DNA of 24,000 bases, taken from positions 1-24,000 of the forward strand of contig JAAUOM010000045.1 of the NCBI GenBank assembly GCA_012034865.1, read 5' to 3'. Positions within the stretch are counted from its first letter, which is position 1. Each line of letters opens with the position of its first letter. Below are positions 1 to 9,190 of this stretch, one piece after another. The translations under genes were made by a program, and so were the position numbers. The DNA comes from Acaryochloris sp. CRU_2_0. Its GTDB lineage: Bacteria; Cyanobacteriota; Cyanobacteriia; Thermosynechococcales; Thermosynechococcaceae. Below the pieces are notes generated by a model. That model did no database searches, was not told the DNA's origin, and saw only the letters and a list, made by a program, of their open reading frames with translations.

Positions 1-38
1 TCGAGCGAACCCACCCCTACCCCTCCCAGGAGGGGATT

Positions 39-1091
<1,053 letters not shown>

Positions 1092-1454
1092 TTATGTGGC
1101 TCTCCGAAGCTAACCTGTCGTAATATTTTGCAATAAAATGTCATGAATTTCAAAGTGTCCTTAATCAAGCTCCTGCAAGGGCTGGGAGTCCTGTAGGTTA
1201 ATCACCTTAGCATGACGTTAGAATAGCGCAATTGTATAACAGGCATAACGATTAGGTGTTGTTCAGCTTAAGCTCATCCTATAGGAGTTGTCTGCTAAGC
1301 CCCTTACAAACCTTAATTCTCCTGATTATGTAGGTCTGTAACGGAAAAGTTAAGGTGTATTGCAACTTTCCCTTGTTGGTAGATGAGGATGGTGTTTGGC
1401 CTAAATTGCCGTGTTACCATTCGCTACGTAGCTGTAAAAGTTTGGAGGATCTCC

Positions 1455-2675
1455 TTGGCACTTCGGGTAGCAGTTGTTGGCTCAGGGCCAGCTGGTTCTT
1501 CAGCGGCAGAAACGCTGGTTAAGGCTGGTATTGAAACCTATTTATTTGAGCGTAAATTAGATAACGCCAAGCCCTGTGGCGGGGCTATTCCCCTGTGTAT
1601 GGTGGGCGAGTTTGATTTACCCCTTGAGATCATTGATCGGCAAGTCAGGCAGATGAAGATGATCTCTCCCTCCAATGTTGAAGTGGATATTTTTATCAAA
1701 AATGAGGGTGAATATATCGGCATGTGCCGTCGAGAAGTTTTGGATGGCTTTATGCGCGATCGCGCCGCCAAGCTAGGGGCCAAACTCATCAATGGCACTG
1801 TGAACAAGCTAGATTTTCCTACAGGAGACAATCAGCCCTATACGATTCATTATGCTGACTTGTCTGATGGCCATCCTGAAGGCGTGATGAAAAGCCTGGA
1901 TGTTGATCTTGTGATTGGGGCGGATGGGGCTAATTCCCGGATTGCCAAAGAGATCAAAGCCGGGGATTATAACTATGCGATCGCCTTTCAAGAGCGCATC
2001 CGTCTTCCTGATCGATACATGGATTACTACCAAGATCGTGCTGAGATGTATGTTGGCGATGATGTCTCCACGGATTTCTATGCTTGGGTATTTCCCAAAT
2101 ACGACCATGTGGCCGTGGGCACTGGCACCATGAAGGTCAACCAGGCGGATATCAAAAAACTCCAGGCTGGTATTCGTGCCCGTGCCGCCCATCGCCTCGT
2201 TGGGGGTGAAATCATCAAAGTAGAAGCCCATCCAATCCCTGAACACCCTCGTCCTCGTCGCGTTGTCGGTCGAGTGGCCCTCGTCGGTGATGCGGCAGGT
2301 ACTGTGACCAAGTCTTCGGGCGAAGGCATTTACTTTGCGGCTAAGTCTGCGCGCATGTGCGCCGAAACCATTGTTGAATTTTCTAACAACGGCCAACGGA
2401 TCCCCACCGAAGAAGACCTCAAAGTCTACCTCAAGCGCTGGGATAAGAAATATGGCATGACCTATAAGGTCTTAGACATTTTGCAACGGGTGTTCTACCG
2501 CTCTGATGCCACACGAGAAGCCTTTGTAGAAATGTGTGCGGATCTAGATGTGCAGCAGATGACCTTTGATAGTTATCTGTATAAGACGGTGGTTCCCATG
2601 AATCCCCTCAAGCAAATTAAGATCACAGCCAAAACGTTAGGCAGTCTCATCCGTGGCAATGCTTTAGCTCCCTAA
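1455..2675 (+). CDS. chlP: Geranylgeranyl diphosphate/chlorophyll reductase ChlP
   Basis: Dinucleotide-binding motif VAVVGSGPAGSSAAE, then NAKPCGGAIPLCMV and the LVGDAAG motif typical of ChlP. The track ORF starts at 1383. An in-frame TTG at 1455, preceded by GGAGGA at 1444-1449, gives the usual M-x-LRVAVVG N-terminus of about 406 aa. Confidence 0.9.
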   Translation: MALRVAVVGSGPAGSSAAETLVKAGIETYLFERKLDNAKPCGGAIPLCMVGEFDLPLEIIDRQVRQMKMISPSNVEVDIFIKNEGEYIGMCRREVLDGFMRDRAAKLGAKLINGTVNKLDFPTGDNQPYTIHYADLSDGHPEGVMKSLDVDLVIGADGANSRIAKEIKAGDYNYAIAFQERIRLPDRYMDYYQDRAEMYVGDDVSTDFYAWVFPKYDHVAVGTGTMKVNQADIKKLQAGIRARAAHRLVGGEIIKVEAHPIPEHPRPRRVVGRVALVGDAAGTVTKSSGEGIYFAAKSARMCAETIVEFSNNGQRIPTEEDLKVYLKRWDKKYGMTYKVLDILQRVFYRSDATREAFVEMCADLDVQQMTFDSYLYKTVVPMNPLKQIKITAKTLGSLIRGNALAP

Positions 2676-2706
2676 AGCGCATTTAACTCAGTTGAACTCC
2701 AGGTTA

Positions 2707-2749
2707 AAACAACCTCATTACTGTAGCCCTGTAATGAGGTTGTTTTTTG
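2707..2749 (+). terminator. Rho-independent terminator after chlP, possibly bidirectional
   Basis: A perfect 15-bp stem, aaaacaacctcattac / gtaatgaggttgtttt, with a 9-nt loop and a following T-run (ttttttg). It starts 32 nt after the chlP stop. The reverse strand also ends in a short T-run and faces the convergent ORF 2783-3100. Confidence 0.7.
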
Positions 2750-2782
2750 CCCGCCAACGTAATAACCCGTAGTTCCCATCCA

Positions 2783-3100
2783 CTATGGGTTAAGCATTTC
2801 AACTTGGACGCCTCGATGATCCTCTTGTTCAGGCAACTTCCCTGGCTTTTGGGGACCCGGTGCGAGCTGAACTTTCGGGGGCAACCCCACCTTCACTTCC
2901 TCAGGGGTAGGAAGTTGCTTGGGTTGAGGTCGCCACGATTTTAGGTCAACCTCTTGTACACCCAGCGCTTTGGCATTGCCCGCTGGGGAGGGATTTACCT
3001 TTCTGCTCTGATTTTTCTGTTGAGCTACGGCACTTTCTTCCCCAATACTCAGGAGTACCGTTAACATTATTGTTATTAAAACACTTGTTGATCTAAGCAT
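2783..3100 (-). CDS. Hypothetical small secreted Pro/Lys/Gln-rich protein
   Basis: 105-aa ORF with a plausible signal peptide (MLRSTSVLITIMLTVLLSIGEESAVAQQ). I recognise no family, and it may not be a real gene. Confidence 0.35.
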   Translation of the reverse strand: MLRSTSVLITIMLTVLLSIGEESAVAQQKNQSRKVNPSPAGNAKALGVQEVDLKSWRPQPKQLPTPEEVKVGLPPKVQLAPGPQKPGKLPEQEDHRGVQVEMLNP

Positions 3101-3174
3101 GGCTTTGGCTCACTTCTGGATAGATAACTTTTCTAGACAGAAACGGTGTTTCACGATAGCTTTTGCTATTTGCT

Positions 3175-4716
3175 CTAAATTTGCTGTGCTCCTGGCTGCC
3201 CATTTTTAACCTGAAAAGACGCTAAAGTACGAATCTGGCTCTTCGGCTTCTTCACCGTATCCACTATCCGAAAATGAGTTGTCCACAGCTCAGGGGAGAT
3301 GATGCACACGGCATACCCCCGGTAGCGACTTTCAAAGAATTTGACATGGGGATTATTTTTCAATGCAAGGGCAAACAGCTTATAGTTAGGTCCACTAGAA
3401 CTAATCGAAGTCCCTACAAATTCAGTGGCTAGCACGGGAGATTGGGGATCTTGGAAATCAGATTTCAAATCCGTAACCCAAAAGGAGTGGATATCACCAC
3501 CAATCACCACTGGGTTGGCAGGGCGATACTCTGCGATCGCCGCCAAAATTCGCTGTCTCGTGGCGGCATAACCATCCCACCCATCTGTCCAATATCCCAA
3601 GAGAGGGGCTAAACCTTGTTTCAATTCTGCCATCATAAGTTGTTGGGCAATCACAGTCCATCTGGCTGAGGATTGTTGGAGTCCTTGCAGGAGCCAGCGT
3701 TCTTGTTCGCTGCCCAAGAGGGAGCGTTGCGGATCAAGGCGTTCTGGACAGTCAAAAACCACTTGACCGCCGCCCTTGCCCTTGGCACAGGCTTGATCAT
3801 CCCGATACTGGCGGGTGTCTAAGCAGTGAAATTCAGCTAAGTCCCCAAATTGAAAGCGACGATAAAGCTGTAAGTTTATCCCCTGGGGCTGGGCTGTTGG
3901 CCGCAAGGGCAAATGTTCATAATAGGCTTGATAAGCCGCTTGCCGTCGTCGTAGAAAAACCACAGGATCAACAAAGTCTTTGGATTGATCCTTGGCATAG
4001 TCATTGTCAACTTCGTGATCATCCCAAATACAAATAAAGGGGAAAGCAGCATGGGCAGCTTGTAAATGGGGATCGGATTTATACAGCGCGTAGCGTAAGC
4101 GATAGGTTGCCAAATCCACAGGATTAGAACCGACATGCTGCCGGGGTCGCCCTGGACGAGGGTCACCTTCGTAGATATAGTCTCCCAAATGGAAGACCAT
4201 ATCCACATTTTCTTGAGCCAAATGCTCATAAGCTGTGTAGTAGCCATACTCATAGTTTTGGCAAGAGACAAAGGCAAACTTCAGTTGATCCAGGCGTGCA
4301 CCAGGTGCAGGCAGGGTTCGAGTCCGACCCATGGGGCTTTTTTCCTGGCCGACCTGAAATTGATACCAATACCACTGCCCTGGCAACAATTTCTCAACAA
4401 CCACATGCACCGCATGTCCCCATTCAGGCGTTGCTAGGGTGGTTCCCTTTTGCACAATCTTTGTCATCTGGGCATCGGTGGCAATCTTCCAAGTAAGGGG
4501 TATGGAGACTTTCGGCATGGAAGGGGAACCTAGGGGATCAGGCGCTAGACGAGTCCATAGCACCACGCTATCGGATTGAGGATCACCCGACGCCACCCCC
4601 AAACTAAAGGGATAAGTCGAAAATTTGGGTTGGGCAAGAATGAGGCGATCGCGATCACTCATAACCACCCAACCGATCGCTGCTCCCGCTGTGATGAAAA
4701 ACTGTCGTCGATTCAT
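3175..4716 (-). CDS. phoD: Alkaline phosphatase D family protein (PhoD), Tat-exported
   Basis: 513-aa ORF with a twin-arginine signal (MNRRQFFITAGAAIG). It has the PhoD N-terminal motif GVASGDPQSDSVVLWTRL and metallophosphatase motifs (FVSCQNY, HLGDYIYE, WDDHEVDND). Confidence 0.85.
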   Translation of the reverse strand: MNRRQFFITAGAAIGWVVMSDRDRLILAQPKFSTYPFSLGVASGDPQSDSVVLWTRLAPDPLGSPSMPKVSIPLTWKIATDAQMTKIVQKGTTLATPEWGHAVHVVVEKLLPGQWYWYQFQVGQEKSPMGRTRTLPAPGARLDQLKFAFVSCQNYEYGYYTAYEHLAQENVDMVFHLGDYIYEGDPRPGRPRQHVGSNPVDLATYRLRYALYKSDPHLQAAHAAFPFICIWDDHEVDNDYAKDQSKDFVDPVVFLRRRQAAYQAYYEHLPLRPTAQPQGINLQLYRRFQFGDLAEFHCLDTRQYRDDQACAKGKGGGQVVFDCPERLDPQRSLLGSEQERWLLQGLQQSSARWTVIAQQLMMAELKQGLAPLLGYWTDGWDGYAATRQRILAAIAEYRPANPVVIGGDIHSFWVTDLKSDFQDPQSPVLATEFVGTSISSSGPNYKLFALALKNNPHVKFFESRYRGYAVCIISPELWTTHFRIVDTVKKPKSQIRTLASFQVKNGQPGAQQI

Positions 4717-5030
4717 ATTTGTAAAGGTATGAGTTTGTACAGAATCCCCAGTAGAAGTAAGCTTAGACAGTCGTGATCTCTAGCTGCTCCTCTGTCTGTT
4801 TCATCCACATCTTAAATCTTGACACTTTTCTCGGTCTAACGGCTACGATGATTCCGACTGACATTCTCCCGATTCGATCTTGACAAAAGCCAAGTGTCAT
4901 CAGCTGTTAATTTCGTTTTATTTAAGATCTTGCTTTTTGCAAGGAATCGATAAAATATTTAGGATCATAATTCATGAACTAACACGATTAAAGAACTAGT
5001 TAATTCAAGCAGAAAATAAGTAGAGCAGCT

Positions 5031-5744
5031 ATGACTGATCGCAATTTAGAAATTCTTGAAAAAGCAAAAGAATGGTTTAAAAATACTATTGCAGTTAATC
5101 ACATAGCTAATACGAAAAAACTAAAAAAATCCTCGGAATTCAACATAAATCCTTTTTTGACTGTATATCTAGCAAATTTTTTGACAGGAAATTCTTCTGC
5201 TTTAAGTATTGCAAAAGCACTTATATATCCAAGAATTCTTGGAACTTCCATTACTACTTCATTCGGTACAAATATACAAAAATTTACAAATGATGTGCTT
5301 GATGCTTTTGGCAGCACAACTTCAGGCATTGACATTGAATTTATCGATCAAGTAGATGGGCACAAAAAATACTGTCAACTTAAAGCTGGACCCAACACGC
5401 TTAACAAAGATGATGTTGAGACCATAGTAGGTCACTTTAAGTCAACGATTAGATTGGCTCGAACAAATAACCTAAGAGTAAGTTTAGATGACATGATCAT
5501 TGGAGTGATTTATGGAGAAAGTGATGATCTGAGTGGACATTACCTACGGATTAATAATCAGTATCACCATCCTGTTCACGTTGGACAAGATTTCTGGCAT
5601 AGGCTTACGGGTGACGAAGGATTTTATGAGAAATTAATTACTGTGATCGGTTCTGTTGCGGTTGAAGCCGATTACAGCCACGAACTTGAAGATGTTATTA
5701 GGCAGCTTGCAGAGCAAGATGATGTGAAAAATTTATCTCAATAA
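5031..5744 (+). CDS. Putative type II restriction endonuclease, partner of the downstream C5 methyltransferase
   Basis: 237-aa ORF in an AT-rich island, same strand as the C5-MTase ORF and 61 nt upstream of it. It has a candidate PD-(D/E)xK-like catalytic pattern, GID101-I-E103-F ... C-Q116-L-K118 (nt 5331-5384). The function is inferred from context. From memory it resembles GGNCC/GGWCC-type enzymes (Eco47II/Sau96I-like), but I cannot verify that here. Confidence 0.5.
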   Translation: MTDRNLEILEKAKEWFKNTIAVNHIANTKKLKKSSEFNINPFLTVYLANFLTGNSSALSIAKALIYPRILGTSITTSFGTNIQKFTNDVLDAFGSTTSGIDIEFIDQVDGHKKYCQLKAGPNTLNKDDVETIVGHFKSTIRLARTNNLRVSLDDMIIGVIYGESDDLSGHYLRINNQYHHPVHVGQDFWHRLTGDEGFYEKLITVIGSVAVEADYSHELEDVIRQLAEQDDVKNLSQ

Positions 5745-5757
5745 GACTTGCTTTGCT

Positions 5758-5767
5758 ATATGCATAT
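5758..5767 (+). promoter_or_regulatory. Candidate operator palindrome ATATGCATAT in the R-M spacer
   Basis: Perfect 10-bp palindrome 39 nt upstream of the MTase start. The half-site TGCATA recurs at 5796-5801. A possible target for the HTH fused to the MTase, but purely speculative. Confidence 0.2.
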
Positions 5768-5805
5768 GAATTACTTTATAACCATGATCAATGTTTGCAT
5801 AGGCA

Positions 5806-7097
5806 GTGATGATTCCTGACTATTATTCTGTTGCACAAGTGGCTGATATTTTGGGTGTTTCCAAAGAAACCTTAAGAAGGTGGGACAGAAATGGAGCGCT
5901 TGTTTCATTACGTCATCCTGAAAATAACTACCGTCTATATCATCGTTCTCAGTTAGAAACCTTTGAAGAAGCTCAACTTCTATTTAATAGCTCTTGGGGT
6001 CAAGAACTTCTTTCAAAACCTATCAGAAATTTTAGGTTGATTGAACTATTTGCTGGTTGTGGTGGACTTGCACTTGGCATGGAAAAGGCTGGGTTTGCAT
6101 CCATTTTGTTCAACGAAATAAACCATGACGCTTGTGCGACTCTACGCAGTAATCGTCCTCATTGGAATATTATTGAAGGAGACATTACAAACGTAAGTTT
6201 TTCTGAATATCGAGGTAGAGTCGATTTAATTTCTGGTGGTTTTCCTTGTCAAGCATTTTCTTATGCTGGCAAAAACTTGGATTTGAAGATATTCGAGGGA
6301 CTTTATTTTTTGAATTTGCAAGAGCTGTAAAAGAAACTAAGCCTAAGGTCTTTATTGCAGAAAATGTCAGAGGTCTTTTAAAGCATGATAATGGAACAAC
6401 TTTGGAAACCATTTCTAATGTTATTCATGAACTTGGATATGAATTAGTTCCTCCTAAAATTCTTAAGGCTGTTTTCTACCAAGTACCACAAAAGAGGGAA
6501 CGCCTTTTCTTGGTTTGCATACGCAAAGACTTGGCAAAAGATATAGCATTTCAATGGCCTTCTCCTTATCAACGTATTATGACTCTCAGAGATGCATTGA
6601 AAGCAGGTGAGCTTTATCCAAACGATGTACCTAACTCGGAAGGTCAAAAATATCCAAGGCACAAAGCAGAGATAATGGCTTACGTTCCTGCTGGGGGATA
6701 CTGGCGCGATTTACCTGACGAGTTACAACGTGAATATATGAAGAAGAGCTATTTTCTAAGTGGGGGTAAAACAGGTATGGCTCGACGTTTAGCTTGGGAT
6801 GAACCAAGTTTAACGTTGACTTGCGCTCCTGCTCAGAAACAAACAGAAAGATGTCATCCTGAAGAAACAAGACCATTAACAATTAGAGAGTATGCAAGAA
6901 TACAAACATTCCCAGACACTTGGTTTTTTTCTGGCTCACTTTCATCTCAATATAAGCAAATTGGTAATGCTGTTCCTGTTAATCTTGCCTTTGCTATGGG
7001 TAGAGCCTTAGTAAGATTACTCAATGATATCGAAAAAGTCTCTACTTCTCTAGAGCGAGAAATCTCTGAGAAGGAATTGATTGCTTCATCTGTTTAG
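5806..7097 (+). pseudogene. DNA (cytosine-5) methyltransferase with N-terminal MerR/excisionase-type HTH, split by a -1 frameshift in an A5 run (6271-6275)
   Basis: ORF 5806-6330 carries the HTH (YYSVAQVADILGVSKETLRRWDRNG), motif I (ELFAGCGGLALG) and motif IV (GGFPCQAFSYAGK). ORF 6246-7097, in a different frame, continues with LGFEDIRGTLFFEF, motif VI (ENVRGL), motif VIII (QKRERLFLV), TIREYARIQTFPD and motif X (QIGNAVPV). Adding one A to the run restores ...SYAGKKLGFEDIRGTLFFEF... and a protein of about 430 aa. Start is GTG 5806 or ATG 5809. Confidence 0.9.
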
Positions 7098-7234
7098 GCT
7101 ATTCTACCTCTTGCTGGATAGGGTTTTGACTGTATGGATGCTTTGCCAGGACAGGCGAATGGCTCGGATCCTCAACCGATTATTGCCTGCTAAAGCCCAT
7201 CTGAATTGCTGCATATTATCTTAGCCAAGGCAAT

Positions 7235-8242
7235 CTATCCGCCGATTTGCGACATGGTGCGAGTATAGCTAGCCCCCATCGTTCCTGATTGGCGATCTTT
7301 GTAATTGATTTCTGGTTTAAGTTCTAGCAAATCCTGCACTTGTTCGCACAAGAGAGAAGTAGGCACCCTGGCTCGGAGGGGAGTCTTCAAATCCAGTTGA
7401 CCCGTTTCATTGAGTAAACAAGGGCGTAGCCAGCCATCGGCAGAAAGACGCATCCGGTTACAGCGATCGCAAAAGCATTCCGACATCTGACTAATAAACC
7501 CTAAGGTACCTTTAGCCCCCGGAATTTGAAAGACATCCGCAGGGCCATTCCCCTGGACTTGTCCAGATTGTAAACCCCAGTGATCGCAAATTTGGTCGCG
7601 GAGATCTTGGGAAGGGATCCAACCGCGATCGCCAAACAGATCTGCATTGCCAATGGGCATAAACTCAATGAACCGCACATGCCAGTGACGATCCAAGGTG
7701 AGGGCGGCCAAATCTAGCACCTCATGATCATTGATACCAGGAATAATCACCACATTGAGCTTGAGGGGATTAAACCCCACGTCATAAGCCTTTTGAATAC
7801 CAGCCCAGACCTGTTGCCAACGTTGACGCCCCTGAACATCTCTGCCAGTAATGATGGTAAAGGTTTCGGGCACTAAAGAGTCCAAACTAATATTGATCCG
7901 ACGTAACCCAGCCTCATACAACGCTTGAGCCATATTGGCCAGCAAAAAAGCATTGGTGGTCATCGCCAAATCCTTGACTTGGGGGAAAGCGACCAGGCCT
8001 TCCACAATTTGGAGAACATCGGGTCTTAAAAGAGGTTCACCTCCCGTCAGCCGAAAGCGAGTGAACCCAGATGGGATAAAGACCTCACCAATTAAGGCTA
8101 AAAGCTCTGATGCGGTTAAGACTTCCGACAAGCCTAGAAACTTTAAGGCTTGAGAATCTGGCATGCAATATTGACAGCGAAAATTACAGCGATCAATCAG
8201 ACTAATGCGGAGATAGTCAACAGGGTTCATGGCAGCCGCCAA
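7235..8242 (-). CDS. moaA: GTP 3',8-cyclase (molybdenum cofactor biosynthesis protein A), radical SAM
   Basis: 335-aa ORF with the radical-SAM cluster motif [10 protein letters not shown], the GGEPLLR motif and the C-terminal Cys motif [15 protein letters not shown]. The start may be the second ATG at 8230 ([11 protein letters not shown]). Confidence 0.9.
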   Translation of the reverse strand: MAAAMNPVDYLRISLIDRCNFRCQYCMPDSQALKFLGLSEVLTASELLALIGEVFIPSGFTRFRLTGGEPLLRPDVLQIVEGLVAFPQVKDLAMTTNAFLLANMAQALYEAGLRRINISLDSLVPETFTIITGRDVQGRQRWQQVWAGIQKAYDVGFNPLKLNVVIIPGINDHEVLDLAALTLDRHWHVRFIEFMPIGNADLFGDRGWIPSQDLRDQICDHWGLQSGQVQGNGPADVFQIPGAKGTLGFISQMSECFCDRCNRMRLSADGWLRPCLLNETGQLDLKTPLRARVPTSLLCEQVQDLLELKPEINYKDRQSGTMGASYTRTMSQIGG

Positions 8243-8703
8243 AGCAGGGTCAACACAGACAGGGCATTTTGTACAAGGGTCTCCAATGTTGAGAGTTGAG
8301 AGAAGGTGTTAGATCGATTATCCCTAGGTTTTCTAAAGCCGTTGAAAGCTGGGTCACCACCTATTGTTCTACCAGGATTAAGACCTCGAATAATCGCTTG
8401 GACATTTATATAATCTGTATTTTTAAAGACTGAAGAGACCCTGACTTAGCTCACCTATAGGGTACACATAATGCCACAATCTGTTCAATGGGTTGGAATA
8501 ATCGAACTTGTTTGCATGACTTAACAAATAACACAATCGCTACCTAGAAGCATTTGCCCCTTTGTACAGTACAAGCCCATCGAAGAGATGGGCACTATAA
8601 GACCATATCCCCAAAATATTTCTATTACCTGTTTTGACCTGCCTGACCGTAACGCTTTGCTCATCTATACTGAATTCTCTTTGCTCAGACGCTTAATATT
8701 ACT

Positions 8704-9177
8704 GTGGCCAAAAAAATTAAATTAGAACCCATCGCTCAAGAAGCTTCTATTGATACCAATGACAATCTCCTGTCCATGCTGCTCAAACATGAGTTAAACG
8801 TAAAATGGAAGTGTGGGGGGCGGGGTCGTTGTTCCACTTGTCATGTCTACATTCAAGAGGGGCTTGAGAGTTTATCTCCTAAAAGCCGTAGAGAACAGCA
8901 AACCTTGATGTTAATCTCAAGCTGCCAGGAAAATTCTCGTTTAGCTTGCCAAGCAAGAGTTCTCGGTGAAGGGGTTGTTGTAGAACTGCCCATTGGTATG
9001 TATCTCAGTGAAATTGACAATTTGGATGCCTTGATTGGGCGGCGGGTGCAACAGCCGATTTTACATCCGATTGATGGAACTGTTTTAGTTGAAGAAGGAA
9101 TGATGATTACTCGATCCATCGTTCATCAACTCCAACAAGCTCAACAGCAGATAGAGAGCTTTCTAGCCCAAACTTAA
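8704..9177 (+). CDS. 2Fe-2S ferredoxin-domain protein with a C-terminal extension
   Basis: 157-aa ORF with a GTG start. The cysteine pattern C-x5-C-x2-C (KCGGRGRCSTCHV) plus the distal LACQARV matches a 2Fe-2S ligand set. The C-terminal region of about 60 aa is unassigned. Confidence 0.7.
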   Translation: MAKKIKLEPIAQEASIDTNDNLLSMLLKHELNVKWKCGGRGRCSTCHVYIQEGLESLSPKSRREQQTLMLISSCQENSRLACQARVLGEGVVVELPIGMYLSEIDNLDALIGRRVQQPILHPIDGTVLVEEGMMITRSIVHQLQQAQQQIESFLAQT

Positions 9178-9190
9178 AACGAATGAATTT

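Noticed and set aside
20-35. GC-rich hairpin (cccctc/gagggg) just downstream of the petH stop as a terminator
   Set aside because: The stem is only about 6 bp, there is no U-tract on the transcribed (minus) strand, and the window edge truncates the context.
1809-2396. 195-aa antisense ORF inside chlP, and similar shadow ORFs at 10578-11039, 13310-13777, 14172-14537, 21842-22396 and 3876-4277
   Set aside because: Each lies entirely within and opposite a strongly supported conserved gene. The products are compositionally odd (Arg/Ser/Pro-rich) with no recognisable motifs. These are typical shadow ORFs.
4847-4862. gATGATTCC..GACT similarity to the methyltransferase start region (5808-5823) as a possible duplication or island boundary repeat
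   Set aside because: Only a 9-mer plus a few scattered matches are shared. A match of that length is expected by chance between these intervals.
4811-4933. Repeated (T)TAARATCTTG / ATCTTGACA motifs (4816-4824, 4877-4885, 4927-4933) as Pho boxes or promoters for phoD or the R gene
   Set aside because: The spacings of 61 and 50 nt do not match the tandem 8-bp, 11-nt-periodic SphR Pho-box arrangement. The TTGACA hexamers lack a convincing -10 box 17 nt downstream. The motif is too short to exclude chance.
6271-6275. A5 tract in the methyltransferase as a phase-variation (contingency) switch
   Set aside because: Five to six nucleotides is short for a slippage-based switch. Three unrelated housekeeping genes in the same window carry the same single-base homopolymer lesion. 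A technical error is therefore more parsimonious.
8243-8500. Molybdenum-cofactor (Moco) riboswitch in the moaA 5' leader
   Set aside because: Reading the reverse strand upstream of moaA, I could not recognise the conserved Moco-motif core or its stem architecture. An Infernal scan would be needed, so nothing is claimed.
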